Below are positions 1-8,691 of a stretch of 59,397 nt of DNA, piece after piece; within the stretch, counting starts at the first letter, position 1; every line of letters starts with the position of its first letter. Position numbers and translations under genes: made by a program. The notes under the pieces are model-generated. The model ran no database searches and was not told where the DNA came from. It saw only the letters and a list, made by a program, of their open reading frames with translations. Location of the stretch: positions 26,457-85,853 of the forward strand of contig JAGODE010000001.1 in the NCBI GenBank assembly GCA_017998385.1, given 5' to 3'. Origin of the DNA: Chitinophagaceae bacterium. GTDB taxonomy: Bacteria > Bacteroidota > Bacteroidia > Chitinophagales > Chitinophagaceae.

Positions 1-233
1 TGTGATAAATGTGCTAATGTGGCTATGTGAGAATGATTTAAAGGCAGAAAACGGAGATTTGAAGATGAGGCGATTTGAAAATTTGAAGATGGAGCTAATA
101 TGCTAATGTGATAAATGTGCTAATGTGGCTATGTGAGAATGATTTAAAGGCAGAAAACGGAGATTTGAAGATGAGGCGATTTGAAAATTTGAAGATGGAG
201 CTAATATGCTAATGTGATAAATGTGCTAATGTG
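1..233. repeat. Tandem direct repeat with a 106-bp unit: two full copies plus the first 21 bp of a third. The array is cut by the window edge.
   Basis: TGTGATAAATGTGCTAATGTGG restarts at 1, 107 and 213. Copies 1 and 2 read identical by eye. The unit contains the sub-motifs GTGCTAATG and TTTGAAGATG. Confidence 0.9.
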
Positions 234-309
234 CATGCAGAAAGGGGGAAGGCATACGGTAAAAGGTTGTACGACTGTCCACTGTCAACTGTGCGCTGTC
301 AACTGCCCA

Positions 310-1860
310 CTACCTCCTTTTGCTGGCCAGGTATTTTTCATGAATAATGGTGCCCATTGGTTTGCCATATACCTTGCTTTCAACCCATGAAATGATGTCG
401 AGGTACGCGAATGAACGTGTTTCGAAGCGGTTTTTTTCCAGGTGCTTAATTTTTTGAAGAAACTGCTCCAGTTCTGGTTTGAGGCGTCGTGCGGGCACAT
501 GGTGAAAGGAGTGCCGGAGAAAACGGAACATTTCTTCTTCAATCACCGTCAGATTCTGCATTTTGGCCATGAAGCGGTAGACCGATTTGGTAAGCGACTC
601 CATAATATCATAGTTGCCGAGCTCATAATGTGCCAACAGGTGCAGCAGTCGGGAGTAGCATTGCAGGTCGGTCCGCAATTCACCTGACTCGTGTATGATG
701 GTTTGCAGGTAATCGATAGAGGTACTGTATTCACCACTGCCAAAATAAAGGGTGGCAATTTTATAATTTACCACCATGATGCGGTGCTGGTCGAGGAAAA
801 TGGCATTTTCTTTCAGCTTTTCTTCAATACCCGGTACCAACGAGAGTCCTTCGCGGAATGTGCCCAGCATAAAGTGCTGATTGATGCGGGCTGTGCTGAT
901 ATAAATAAATGCCTGTATGCGGAAGTTATCGTGATCCTGTACCCGGCTGGTTTTGGCAAAGGCCTGAAACTCGCTGAGCGTTACAGCAAAGGCCCTGTAA
1001 TTGCGCAGGTCAAAATGCGCATTGAGCAGGTAATGCATGCCTTTGATATAGTGGCTGGTCTCTACCCGGATCATGAGCGGCTGGGAGCGAAACAGGTCGA
1101 CCCACTTTTGAGCATACCGGTAGTACTGCAGAAAATCCTGGCGAATAAAAGCATCCCAGCAATAACACTGACAGAGATAAAGACGCTCATAAAAGCCTTT
1201 GAGCTCATGCGCATTATCGGGCAGGTTTTCGCGCATAAAACGGCGTACACCGGCTTCATCCTTTTCGTTACGGGCATGACCATAGCGGGTAAACCAGCTA
1301 AACAGCAGCAGCGAGAGGTTGCTGAGACGGGCCATTACATCGATATGGCGGCTGACTTCATTGGCTTCAATAGCCAGCTGTTCGGCCCGGGTATGGATGC
1401 TCTTTGTTATATGAAGATTTTCTATTCTTTTTTCCAAAGCCACTACCTGAGCCAGAAAATAGAACTTCTGGTGGGCACGGGCTGTTTCTTTGGCGCGATC
1501 CAGAATTTTGAGACTTTGAAAAAATAACCCTTTTTTATAGAGAATATGAGCATAATCGAATTGCTCATTCAATTGAAGATCAATGCTATCGGCGCTTTTT
1601 AAGAGGCGCAGACTGGCCAGGATCTGGCGGTAAAGGTGGGTTTTGAGATTATAGAGCTGTTTTTTCTCTGTACCCGGTAATTTCTTTAATAATAATTTTT
1701 CATCATACGTATCCAATTTATCCAGGGCGTCAAATAAACGTATGATTTTCAGGTCTTCATTGGCTGAACTGCGCTTGATATAGAGTTTGAAATGGCGCTT
1801 TTCAGCTTTTTCGAGCGATTTTATTAATTGAAATAATATGTCGGGAGAACGGTTGGACAT
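310..1860 (-). CDS. Hypothetical protein, 516 aa, helical repeat (TPR-like) character
   Basis: Long uninterrupted ORF with an ATG start. The composition is rich in L/K/E/Y helical segments. No catalytic motif was recognised. A -7 box lies upstream at 1958-1965. Confidence 0.7.
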   Translation of the reverse strand: MSNRSPDILFQLIKSLEKAEKRHFKLYIKRSSANEDLKIIRLFDALDKLDTYDEKLLLKKLPGTEKKQLYNLKTHLYRQILASLRLLKSADSIDLQLNEQFDYAHILYKKGLFFQSLKILDRAKETARAHQKFYFLAQVVALEKRIENLHITKSIHTRAEQLAIEANEVSRHIDVMARLSNLSLLLFSWFTRYGHARNEKDEAGVRRFMRENLPDNAHELKGFYERLYLCQCYCWDAFIRQDFLQYYRYAQKWVDLFRSQPLMIRVETSHYIKGMHYLLNAHFDLRNYRAFAVTLSEFQAFAKTSRVQDHDNFRIQAFIYISTARINQHFMLGTFREGLSLVPGIEEKLKENAIFLDQHRIMVVNYKIATLYFGSGEYSTSIDYLQTIIHESGELRTDLQCYSRLLHLLAHYELGNYDIMESLTKSVYRFMAKMQNLTVIEEEMFRFLRHSFHHVPARRLKPELEQFLQKIKHLEKNRFETRSFAYLDIISWVESKVYGKPMGTIIHEKYLASKRR

Positions 1861-1957
1861 CAGGCAGAAATTTTCATAGAATCAGCCACCAGCAAGGGTT
1901 TCAGGCCACGGACCACCCTTTTGGCATGCATAAAACTGAACTAAGTTGTTTTGAGTG

Positions 1958-1965
1958 CAAAGATA
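1958..1965 (-). promoter_or_regulatory. Bacteroidota-type -7 promoter box (TATCTTTG on the minus strand)
   Basis: The plus strand reads CAAAGATA, whose reverse complement matches TAnnTTTG. It lies ~95 nt upstream of the 1860 start codon. Confidence 0.45.
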
Positions 1966-1973
1966 AGCCTGCC

Positions 1974-1981
1974 TACATTTG
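1974..1981 (+). promoter_or_regulatory. Bacteroidota-type -7 promoter box TACATTTG with no ORF downstream
   Basis: Exact match to TAnnTTTG on the plus strand. The next plus-strand ORF starts at 2315, beyond a strong terminator at 2142-2174. Confidence 0.4.
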
Positions 1982-1987
1982 TGATGT

Positions 1988-2174
1988 AATAGTTCATTAC
2001 ATAATTCATACGGCAGGCAATCGTTAAGGCAAGAATAGGCAAGTCGTCAGAGGTCAAGTGAAGCAGCGCCTGCAAAATATCCGGTCTCACCGGAATCAAC
2101 GTCTACTTCGAAGAATTTTCATATGGCAAGCAATCGTTAGAGGTCAGTCCGTTTCTACGGAAGGACCTTTTTTT
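1988..2174 (+). ncRNA. Candidate small RNA (~185 nt), family unknown
   Basis: Bounded by the -7 box at 1974-1981 and an intrinsic terminator at 2142-2174. There is no ORF longer than 6 codons. A 5' hairpin ATGTAAT/ATTACAT lies at 1984-2002. The internal 22-nt direct repeat TTCATAYGGCARGCAATCGTTA occurs at 2005-2026 and 2118-2139. Confidence 0.3.
2142..2174 (+). terminator. Intrinsic terminator
   Basis: GGTC..TCCGT-TTCT-ACGGA..GACC stem (inner 5 bp plus outer 4 bp) followed by TTTTTTT at 2168-2174. Confidence 0.7.
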
Positions 2175-2314
2175 GTGTAAAGGCCTGCTAAAGTAATTGA
2201 ATAATTTCCTCTCTGTTAATTTTTTTTAATATTTTTTTTCTGCACGGGTGTTAATTACGCCTTTCATCACAATCCGGTTCCGGTGCGGGGGGCTGTTACT
2301 TTATCTTTATTGCT

Positions 2315-3172
2315 GTGGCTATCCGGCATATAGAATTTATCCATATTGACCATTTTGACCAGCATTACCATCGGATTCCGCCGCCTGAGCGGCTGGCTCA
2401 CCTGGTGGAGTTTTTCTGGGAAACCCGCTTTGAAAGCCTCTGGGAGCAGTACCCGCGTGGCTTTTCGGATGCCCAATTTGCCAATGTGGGCTATACCTAC
2501 CTCATCAACCTGGGCAACCCCTATGTAATGCAGGTTGCCGATAAGCGGTATACCATGAAAGGTGACGGCTTCCTGCCCCGTTACAATGCGATTGAATGCT
2601 TTCACAAGCCCGGTAATCATATTTTCGGCATCAAATTCCGCATATCGCCGGTCATTTTTGAGAAAAAAATCGATTTTTCTGAGTATCAGGGTTATATATT
2701 CCCACTCAGTTACCTGCTGGCCCCGGGCATAATCGGTCAGGTAAAGCAGGCATCCGATTTCGAAGCCCGCATCAATATTCTTTGTGAATATTTTACCCAG
2801 CTCATTCACAGCTACGACGGAGCCATACACCCGGTGCATATGGTAAGCGAAATCCTGGAGCGAAGCTTCCAGGACAATACATTTTGTTTATCTATTGAGC
2901 AACTGGCGGCCGGTTACGGCATCTCATCGCGTACACTGCAGCGTTATTTCGAGGTTTGTACCGGCATCAGCAGCCGGCAGGCCCTGCAGATTATGCGTAT
3001 CCGCAAAGCGACCTCACATTTGGCCAACTCGCCCGACAGTTTTCATTACAGCCAGTACGGCTATTATGATCACAGCCATTTTTACAAACACCTGAAATCG
3101 TTTCTGGGTAATAATACACTCGAAAAAGCAGAGCAGCCACATCTGCAGCTGCTCTCCCTTCTTCATAAATAA
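2315..3172 (+). CDS. AraC family transcriptional regulator
   Basis: The C-terminal HTH region ISSRTLQRYFEVCTGISSRQALQIMRIRKA...YDHSHFYKHLK is typical of AraC/XylS. GTG start in the ORF track; the start is uncertain. Confidence 0.8.
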   Translation: MAIRHIEFIHIDHFDQHYHRIPPPERLAHLVEFFWETRFESLWEQYPRGFSDAQFANVGYTYLINLGNPYVMQVADKRYTMKGDGFLPRYNAIECFHKPGNHIFGIKFRISPVIFEKKIDFSEYQGYIFPLSYLLAPGIIGQVKQASDFEARINILCEYFTQLIHSYDGAIHPVHMVSEILERSFQDNTFCLSIEQLAAGYGISSRTLQRYFEVCTGISSRQALQIMRIRKATSHLANSPDSFHYSQYGYYDHSHFYKHLKSFLGNNTLEKAEQPHLQLLSLLHK

Positions 3173-3177
3173 TTTTA

Positions 3178-5634
3178 TCAGTTACCCGCACGCTGGCGTT
3201 CTTCTTCCGAACCGGTGCTGCGGCGGCGCGCCTGCTGTACCTTATTACTCCCAAAGCGATAGGTAAAACTGATTGTAGCCACACGTGTTTCCCGCTGCGC
3301 ATGCCATCTTTCCACATAGTTGTCGTACGTGATAACGGCTTTGGGCAGGTTGGTCCAGAATATATCGGTAATATTTGCCCGTATAGTGGCTTTGTTTTTC
3401 CAGAGGCTTTTCTGAATACCCGTTGATAGGGCCCATTGCGGATCCATTACCATAAAACCATACTGACCGCCTGTATTAATTTGTCCATTCAACTCAGCAG
3501 TCCAGCCTTTACCCAGCGTAAAAGTGTTGTTTGACTGAGCATTCATGGCTGGTCGTCCTTTACTTAACCGGGTCACACCCAGGCTTCCATTGAATTTTTC
3601 ATAATAGATATTACCATTGTTGAGCATATTCCACCACTTGCTGATGCGAACCGGGGCCGAAAAACCAACACCGAAATAATCAGATGATCGGAGGTTGATC
3701 GGTATCTGAACCGTTACATTGCCAGGGGTTGGTATATCGGGAAAGACATCAGCAAAACGTGCAATGGCAATATTCTGGTTGTTTTTGGTGCGGCTGTAGG
3801 CAAGCGTGAAGTTGAGGCTTTTCACGGTATAGCTCCACTCGTACGACCAGGTAAGCTGTGGCAGCAGTCCGGGACGACCCGTTGCATAGGTCGTTACATC
3901 GATCAGGAACAGAAATGGGTTGAGCTGTGAATAACCAGGCCGGTCAATGCGGCGGCTCACAGAAAAACCAATGGTTTTTTCTTCGGCAAGGTGCCAGTTG
4001 GCAAAAGCGCTCGGAAAAAGCTGCAGGTAGCTGGAATCCCAGCGCACATCGCCCTGCGCCTGGCGTGTGCGCACATTGGTTTGCTCGCCACGCAGACCAA
4101 GCTGCAGATCGAGTTTGCCAAAACCCTGTTTCCAGTTTATATAGGCTGCATTATTATTTTCATCGTAATAAAAATGATTGGTCTTATTCACGTCGTTTTC
4201 CGGTGTTCCGCTGCTCATATCAAAAAACCGGGCATCGTTGTCGGCAGAGACAAAGCTGAGTTTAAAGCCTGCCTCGAGTTTTGCCTTACCGATTGATTGT
4301 GTATAATCGCTTTTTGCGGTAAAAAAGCGCAGCTTGCCGGTTTGATAGCCATCCAGAATATAATCAGGCTGCTGGCTGGAACCATCCAGTTTATAATACT
4401 GTGTAGCCGTACGGGCATAGGAGGAAGAATTGTATTGTCCGTAATCGAGATCGGTGGTGATCTCACGGCCGGTACTGTCAAATGTATGTTTGAGATTAAA
4501 GTTGGCCACCCAGTTTGTTCCCTTATCGCGGTTACCAGCCTGCGTATTAAAAGTACTGCTGGGTTGTTTTTGTTCGTCGATCACAACGGATTCATTGTCG
4601 TTGCTGCGGCGAAAGCGATTAAAATTTCCATTTACAACAACACCGATAATAGTTCGCTTGCTGGCAAAAATATCGAGGCCCATCCTGCTGCTATGCGTAT
4701 TGATAAACGATTTGGTAAAATTGTCTTTCTTATCCTGGCCAATGAACAATCCGTTGTCTGTATAAAAATTACGGTCCAGGAAAAGATGGTTGAGTCCTAC
4801 ACGATAGGCATAGTTATAATTACCATACAGATTAATCCGCTTATTTCTGTAATTGAATGTGATGCCGCTGTTGGCTTTGGGGTATACCCCCTGTCCGTAC
4901 CCTGCGGTCACTGTGCCATTGACACCATATCGCTGGTCTTTTTTCATCCGTATATCAATGATACCGGCATTGCCGGCAGCATCGTAGCGTGCAGAAGGAT
5001 TGGTAATTATATCAATTCGCTCAATGGCCGATGTAGGGAGGCCGCGCAGATAATTGGCCAGATCCTGTCCGCTCATGGCTGTCGGTTTTCCATCAATCAT
5101 AATAATTACGCCGGCTTTGCCACGCAGGCTGATCACATCGTTGGGATCTACATTTACGCCCGGCGAGCGCTCCAGCACTTCCATAGCAGAACTGCCGGCA
5201 TTTACAATGCTGTTATCAACATTTACCACAAGTCTGTCACTAAGTTTCTGAATAAACGGTTTGCGTCCTGAAACGGTGACTCCGGCCATTTCTTTACTTT
5301 GTTTTATCAGTTCCACAGGTGCGGGTTGCAGTGTGCCGGCATCTGGCAGGGCAGGAAGTTTAACCAGCCTGGTCTGATAACCGATTATGGCTGCGCGAAA
5401 CAGGTAATTACCCGCAGGCAGCCCGTCAAAAAGGGCTGTGCCGGTGGCATCTGTCACGGCTATTTTCAACAAACTGCTGTCTGCTTTCAGCAACTCTACG
5501 GTGGCTGCTGTCAATGGTTGGGCCTGCTCATTCTGCAGCTTGAGAATAATCCTGGCAGAAGGCTGCTGTGCCTGCAGGCAGGGAGAAGCCGCTAACAATA
5601 ACAAAAGGGTACACAATGCTGAAATCCTGTTCAT
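3178..5634 (-). CDS. TonB-dependent-receptor-like outer membrane beta-barrel protein with an N-terminal carboxypeptidase-regulatory-like domain
   Basis: Signal peptide MNRISALCTLLLLLAASPCLQAQ from the internal ATG at 5634. Plug-like segment VISLRGKAGVIIMIDGKP. Long Y/N/G/T-rich beta-strand region ending ATISFTYRFG. Confidence 0.8.
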   Translation of the reverse strand: MNRISALCTLLLLLAASPCLQAQQPSARIILKLQNEQAQPLTAATVELLKADSSLLKIAVTDATGTALFDGLPAGNYLFRAAIIGYQTRLVKLPALPDAGTLQPAPVELIKQSKEMAGVTVSGRKPFIQKLSDRLVVNVDNSIVNAGSSAMEVLERSPGVNVDPNDVISLRGKAGVIIMIDGKPTAMSGQDLANYLRGLPTSAIERIDIITNPSARYDAAGNAGIIDIRMKKDQRYGVNGTVTAGYGQGVYPKANSGITFNYRNKRINLYGNYNYAYRVGLNHLFLDRNFYTDNGLFIGQDKKDNFTKSFINTHSSRMGLDIFASKRTIIGVVVNGNFNRFRRSNDNESVVIDEQKQPSSTFNTQAGNRDKGTNWVANFNLKHTFDSTGREITTDLDYGQYNSSSYARTATQYYKLDGSSQQPDYILDGYQTGKLRFFTAKSDYTQSIGKAKLEAGFKLSFVSADNDARFFDMSSGTPENDVNKTNHFYYDENNNAAYINWKQGFGKLDLQLGLRGEQTNVRTRQAQGDVRWDSSYLQLFPSAFANWHLAEEKTIGFSVSRRIDRPGYSQLNPFLFLIDVTTYATGRPGLLPQLTWSYEWSYTVKSLNFTLAYSRTKNNQNIAIARFADVFPDIPTPGNVTVQIPINLRSSDYFGVGFSAPVRISKWWNMLNNGNIYYEKFNGSLGVTRLSKGRPAMNAQSNNTFTLGKGWTAELNGQINTGGQYGFMVMDPQWALSTGIQKSLWKNKATIRANITDIFWTNLPKAVITYDNYVERWHAQRETRVATISFTYRFGSNKVQQARRRSTGSEEERQRAGN

Positions 5635-5749
5635 CTCACAATTTTGATCAAATCTGATCAAAAAGACGAAAGCATTCGTATACAATCTGCTTTACTGGCT
5701 GGTTCCCGTTGTGGATGGGTACTGCCAGAACAAGGCTGTGTCGGATTTT

Positions 5750-5777
5750 TACATAAAAGGGCCGGCAATGCCGGCCC
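5750..5777 (-). terminator. Intrinsic terminator downstream of the M28 peptidase gene
   Basis: GGGCCGGCAATGCCGGCCC palindromic hairpin at 5759-5777. On the minus strand it is followed by TTTTATGTAAAAA. Confidence 0.6.
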
Positions 5778-5804
5778 GTAGTTGTTGTAGAGACTGAGAA
5801 CGCT

Positions 5805-7442
5805 TTATTTCTTTTCGCGGATCGCTTTAAACTCGGAACCCTCTTTCCATTGCGGCCAGGTTGTGGTATTGGCTGCACGAAGACCTACCTGGAAAAAAAG
5901 TTTGAGGTCTTCGATAGCTCCATCCAGCACCCAGGTGTTCGGATCATACTCGTCTGAAGGACGGTGATAGTTTTTTCCGGTATATTCTTCTCCTTTCTTT
6001 TTACCATAGTTTTCATCCTTTCCAATAACCTCTGTACCACTTTCTGTGTACAGGGCAGGAATACCGGCTTTGGCAAAGTTGAAGTGATCGGAACGATAAT
6101 AGTAGCCGGCTTCGGGATGTGGCTCATAGGCAATGATGCGACCGGTTTTGGCGGCTTCTTCTTTGAGATAATCCTCCAGATCATTTTGTCCCTGGCCAAC
6201 CACAATAATATCACGCGTGGTACCATAATAGTTTAGACCATCCATATTGATATTGGCCACGGTTTTGGAAGCGGGATAAACAGGATTCTGTGCATACCAG
6301 GCAGAGCCCCAGAGCCCCTGCTCCTCCGCTGTCACGGCCAGCAACACAATGGTGCGATCGGGTTTGTTTTTGAGATGGGTGAAAGCCCTGGCCAGCTCGA
6401 GCAAACCGGCTGTGGCGCTGGCATTGTCGAGTGCGCCATTATAAATGGAGTCGCCGGTTTCGTCTGGTTTACCTATACCAAGATGGTCCCAGTGTGCTGT
6501 ATAAATAACTGTTTCATCGGGGTATTTGCTGCCCGTTACTTTACCAATTACATTATATGATTTGTTGTAAACGGTACCAACCTTAATACTGGTGCTGAGG
6601 TTAAGTCCCAGTGCAGTGCCTTTAAATCCTTTCACATCGGCCGCCGCAAGCAATGTGCTGTCTTTTCCTGCGGCTGCCAGCAGTTTGGCTGCTGCAGGGG
6701 CAGAAACCCATCCTATAACATCGCACAATGTTTCTGTTTTGCCACGATTATCGAGGCGAAGTCGCGACCCGTTCCAGTTATTCTGAACAACAGTAAAGGG
6801 ATAACTGGCCGCTTCTGTATTATGAATAATCAGACAACCGCGTGCGCCCTGTCGCGCAGCTTCTTCAAACTTGTAGGTCCAGCGGCCGTAATAAGTCATG
6901 GTTTTGCCTTTGAAAAGCGTGCTGTCATGGGCATTAAAGCCGGGGTCATTGACCAGTACGAGTACTACTTTTCCTTTTACATCGAGCCCTTCATAATCAT
7001 TCCATCCATATTTTGGTGCTACTACTCCATAGCCGGCAAAAACCAGTTCGGAGTTATCGAGGCTCACTACAGAATCAGTTTTATCTGTCCAGATCACATA
7101 GTCATCATACCCTTTGAGAGCAAAATTGCTTTTGGCACTGCGCACCTGCATGGTGGGTGCAGCTGTGGTGGTGATGCGAACCATCGGCACTTCCTGAAAA
7201 TAACTGCTGCCATTGCCTGGCTCAAGACCTGCATTTTTAAAGGCCTGCTCCAGGTATTGTATGGTGCGGGTTTCGCCCTCGGTAAAAGGTTTACGTCCCT
7301 GAAATGAGTCTGACGAAAGCTGGGCAATATGCAGGCCCAGGCTGTCTGTACTGAATGCTGCGAGGCTTTCTTTATCATCTCCCTTGCAGGATGCGAGACC
7401 GGCTACTGCCAGTGCTATCAAAACGAGGTGAGTAGTTTTCAT
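5805..7442 (-). CDS. M28 family metallopeptidase (aminopeptidase) with PA domain, lipoprotein
   Basis: Lipobox LASC after the signal peptide. Motifs TAHWDHLG and LLAVTAEEQGLWGS are typical of M28 zinc ligand regions. Confidence 0.85.
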   Translation of the reverse strand: MKTTHLVLIALAVAGLASCKGDDKESLAAFSTDSLGLHIAQLSSDSFQGRKPFTEGETRTIQYLEQAFKNAGLEPGNGSSYFQEVPMVRITTTAAPTMQVRSAKSNFALKGYDDYVIWTDKTDSVVSLDNSELVFAGYGVVAPKYGWNDYEGLDVKGKVVLVLVNDPGFNAHDSTLFKGKTMTYYGRWTYKFEEAARQGARGCLIIHNTEAASYPFTVVQNNWNGSRLRLDNRGKTETLCDVIGWVSAPAAAKLLAAAGKDSTLLAAADVKGFKGTALGLNLSTSIKVGTVYNKSYNVIGKVTGSKYPDETVIYTAHWDHLGIGKPDETGDSIYNGALDNASATAGLLELARAFTHLKNKPDRTIVLLAVTAEEQGLWGSAWYAQNPVYPASKTVANINMDGLNYYGTTRDIIVVGQGQNDLEDYLKEEAAKTGRIIAYEPHPEAGYYYRSDHFNFAKAGIPALYTESGTEVIGKDENYGKKKGEEYTGKNYHRPSDEYDPNTWVLDGAIEDLKLFFQVGLRAANTTTWPQWKEGSEFKAIREKK

Positions 7443-7486
7443 TGTAGCTGTTTACTTTTTTACAGATGAATGGGCGTATAAAAATA

Positions 7487-7924
7487 TTAACCGTTGAACT
7501 GTTTCTTTACATGGCTGCCATCGCAATAGGGTTTGTTTTGTGAATGGCCACAGCGGCAAAAGGCGGTTACTTTATGTTTTTTATCTTCTTCGCCATTGGG
7601 CCGTTTCACTGTTACATTACCGTATACGAGCAGGGGGCCATTGGGTATTACTTCCACCTGTGTGTCTGTGGTGATTTCGGGGCTGCCGGCCTGCTCATCA
7701 TTAAAATAAAAACTCAGGGCACCACTGGGGCATTTCTTTACCTGCTCTACGATGCGATCGGTAGTAGCATTGCCGAGGCTGATCCAGGGTTTGATCCTGG
7801 GATTAAATACATCGGGCAGACCGGTGGCTTCTTTCCAGCAAATGGTGGAATGAATACAGGAAGCCGGCTTCCATACCACTGTTACTTCTCCGTTTGTATA
7901 TCGTTTGGTAATCTCTTTTTCCAT
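7487..7924 (-). CDS. Divergent 4Fe-4S mono-cluster domain fused to a CDGSH iron-sulfur domain
   Basis: C-terminal CRCGHSQNKPYCDGSH (CDGSH signature). N-terminal Cys pattern CIHSTIC...CPSGA. Confidence 0.75.
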   Translation of the reverse strand: MEKEITKRYTNGEVTVVWKPASCIHSTICWKEATGLPDVFNPRIKPWISLGNATTDRIVEQVKKCPSGALSFYFNDEQAGSPEITTDTQVEVIPNGPLLVYGNVTVKRPNGEEDKKHKVTAFCRCGHSQNKPYCDGSHVKKQFNG

Positions 7925-8048
7925 AATGCACTTTTCTGTTTTAGGAATCTGTGTGCCGTTTATAACCCAAGTTACTTAATCCACCGTCATAATGTTAACG
8001 GTTGCGGTGGTTCTCTTTATTTTAAGGGAAGCTATACGACAATTCCAA

Positions 8049-8056
8049 TACATTTG
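8049..8056 (+). promoter_or_regulatory. -7 promoter box TACATTTG
   Basis: Exact TAnnTTTG, 19 nt upstream of the ATG at 8075. Confidence 0.45.
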
Positions 8057-8074
8057 CTGTCAAATTGAGTCTGT

Positions 8075-8563
8075 ATGGCAATTCGGATCTTTATTACGGG
8101 AGGCACATTTGATAAAGAGTATAATGAGCTGAATGGTGAGTTGTTTTTCAAAGACACGCATATGCACGACCTGCTGGAGATGGGGCGATGCCGGCTTAAG
8201 GTTGAGATTCGTACCCTGATGATGATCGACAGCCTGCAGATGACGGCAGAGGACCGCGAGCTCATTGCCCACCAGTGCAGTCAGAGTGAGGAAGACATGA
8301 TCGTAATCACTCACGGTACCGATACCATGTCTGAAACAGCGCGGGTACTGGCTCAAAAAGTTCACAATAAAACCATTGTACTTACCGGCGCCATGATCCC
8401 TATTAAGTTTGGTAGCTCAGACGGGCTGTTTAACCTGGGCAGTGCCCTGGCTTTTGTGCAAACCCTGCCTCCGGGCGTTTATGTGGCTATGAATGGCCGC
8501 TTTTTCAATTGGGACAATGTGCGAAAGAATAAGCAGACAGGCATCTTCGAAGAACTGAAGTAA
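8075..8563 (+). CDS. Asparaginase (N-terminal domain only) family protein
   Basis: Motifs ITGGTFDK and ITHGTDTM match the two conserved threonine motifs of L-asparaginases. At 162 aa it is a single-domain form. Confidence 0.75.
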   Translation: MAIRIFITGGTFDKEYNELNGELFFKDTHMHDLLEMGRCRLKVEIRTLMMIDSLQMTAEDRELIAHQCSQSEEDMIVITHGTDTMSETARVLAQKVHNKTIVLTGAMIPIKFGSSDGLFNLGSALAFVQTLPPGVYVAMNGRFFNWDNVRKNKQTGIFEELK

Positions 8564-8641
8564 TGTGGCCGGTGATCAGATCAGCCTTTCTCCTTTTACC
8601 ATCTGCCTTACTTATTACTTAAAACTTACCACCTATAAAGT

Positions 8642-8669
8642 AAAAAAGTCCGCAAATGCAGACCTTTTT
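8642..8669. terminator. Bidirectional hairpin terminator between convergent genes
   Basis: AAAAAA-GTCCGC-AAAT-GCAGAC-C-TTTTT; the stem has one mismatch and is flanked by an A-run and a T-run. Confidence 0.5.
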
Positions 8670-8691
8670 ACTTTATAATGAACTATTGATA

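Noticed and set aside
274-305. Direct repeat CTGTCAACTG at 282 and 296 (14-nt period), plus the related GACTGTCCACTG, just past the stop of the 310-1860 gene.
   Set aside because: It is too short and sits downstream of a gene, not in a promoter. It has no hairpin potential for a terminator and cannot be distinguished from chance or from the edge of the adjacent repeat array.
691-1527. Long antisense ORFs opposite well-supported genes: 691-1527, 4297-5271, 14310-14960, 23031-23594, 31469-32452, 34401-35174, 47947-48927 and 57808-58920.
   Set aside because: Each lies entirely inside a gene with clear family motifs on the other strand. Their translations are low-complexity or Cys/Phe/Ile-rich with no motifs. 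These are typical shadow ORFs.
2040-2070. SRP (4.5S) RNA-like stretch GTCAGAGGTCAAGTGAAGCAGCGCC.
   Set aside because: It only loosely resembles the domain IV consensus (GGTCAGGTCCGGAAGGAAGCAGCC). The required complementary 3' strand and the helix flanking the tetraloop are not present.
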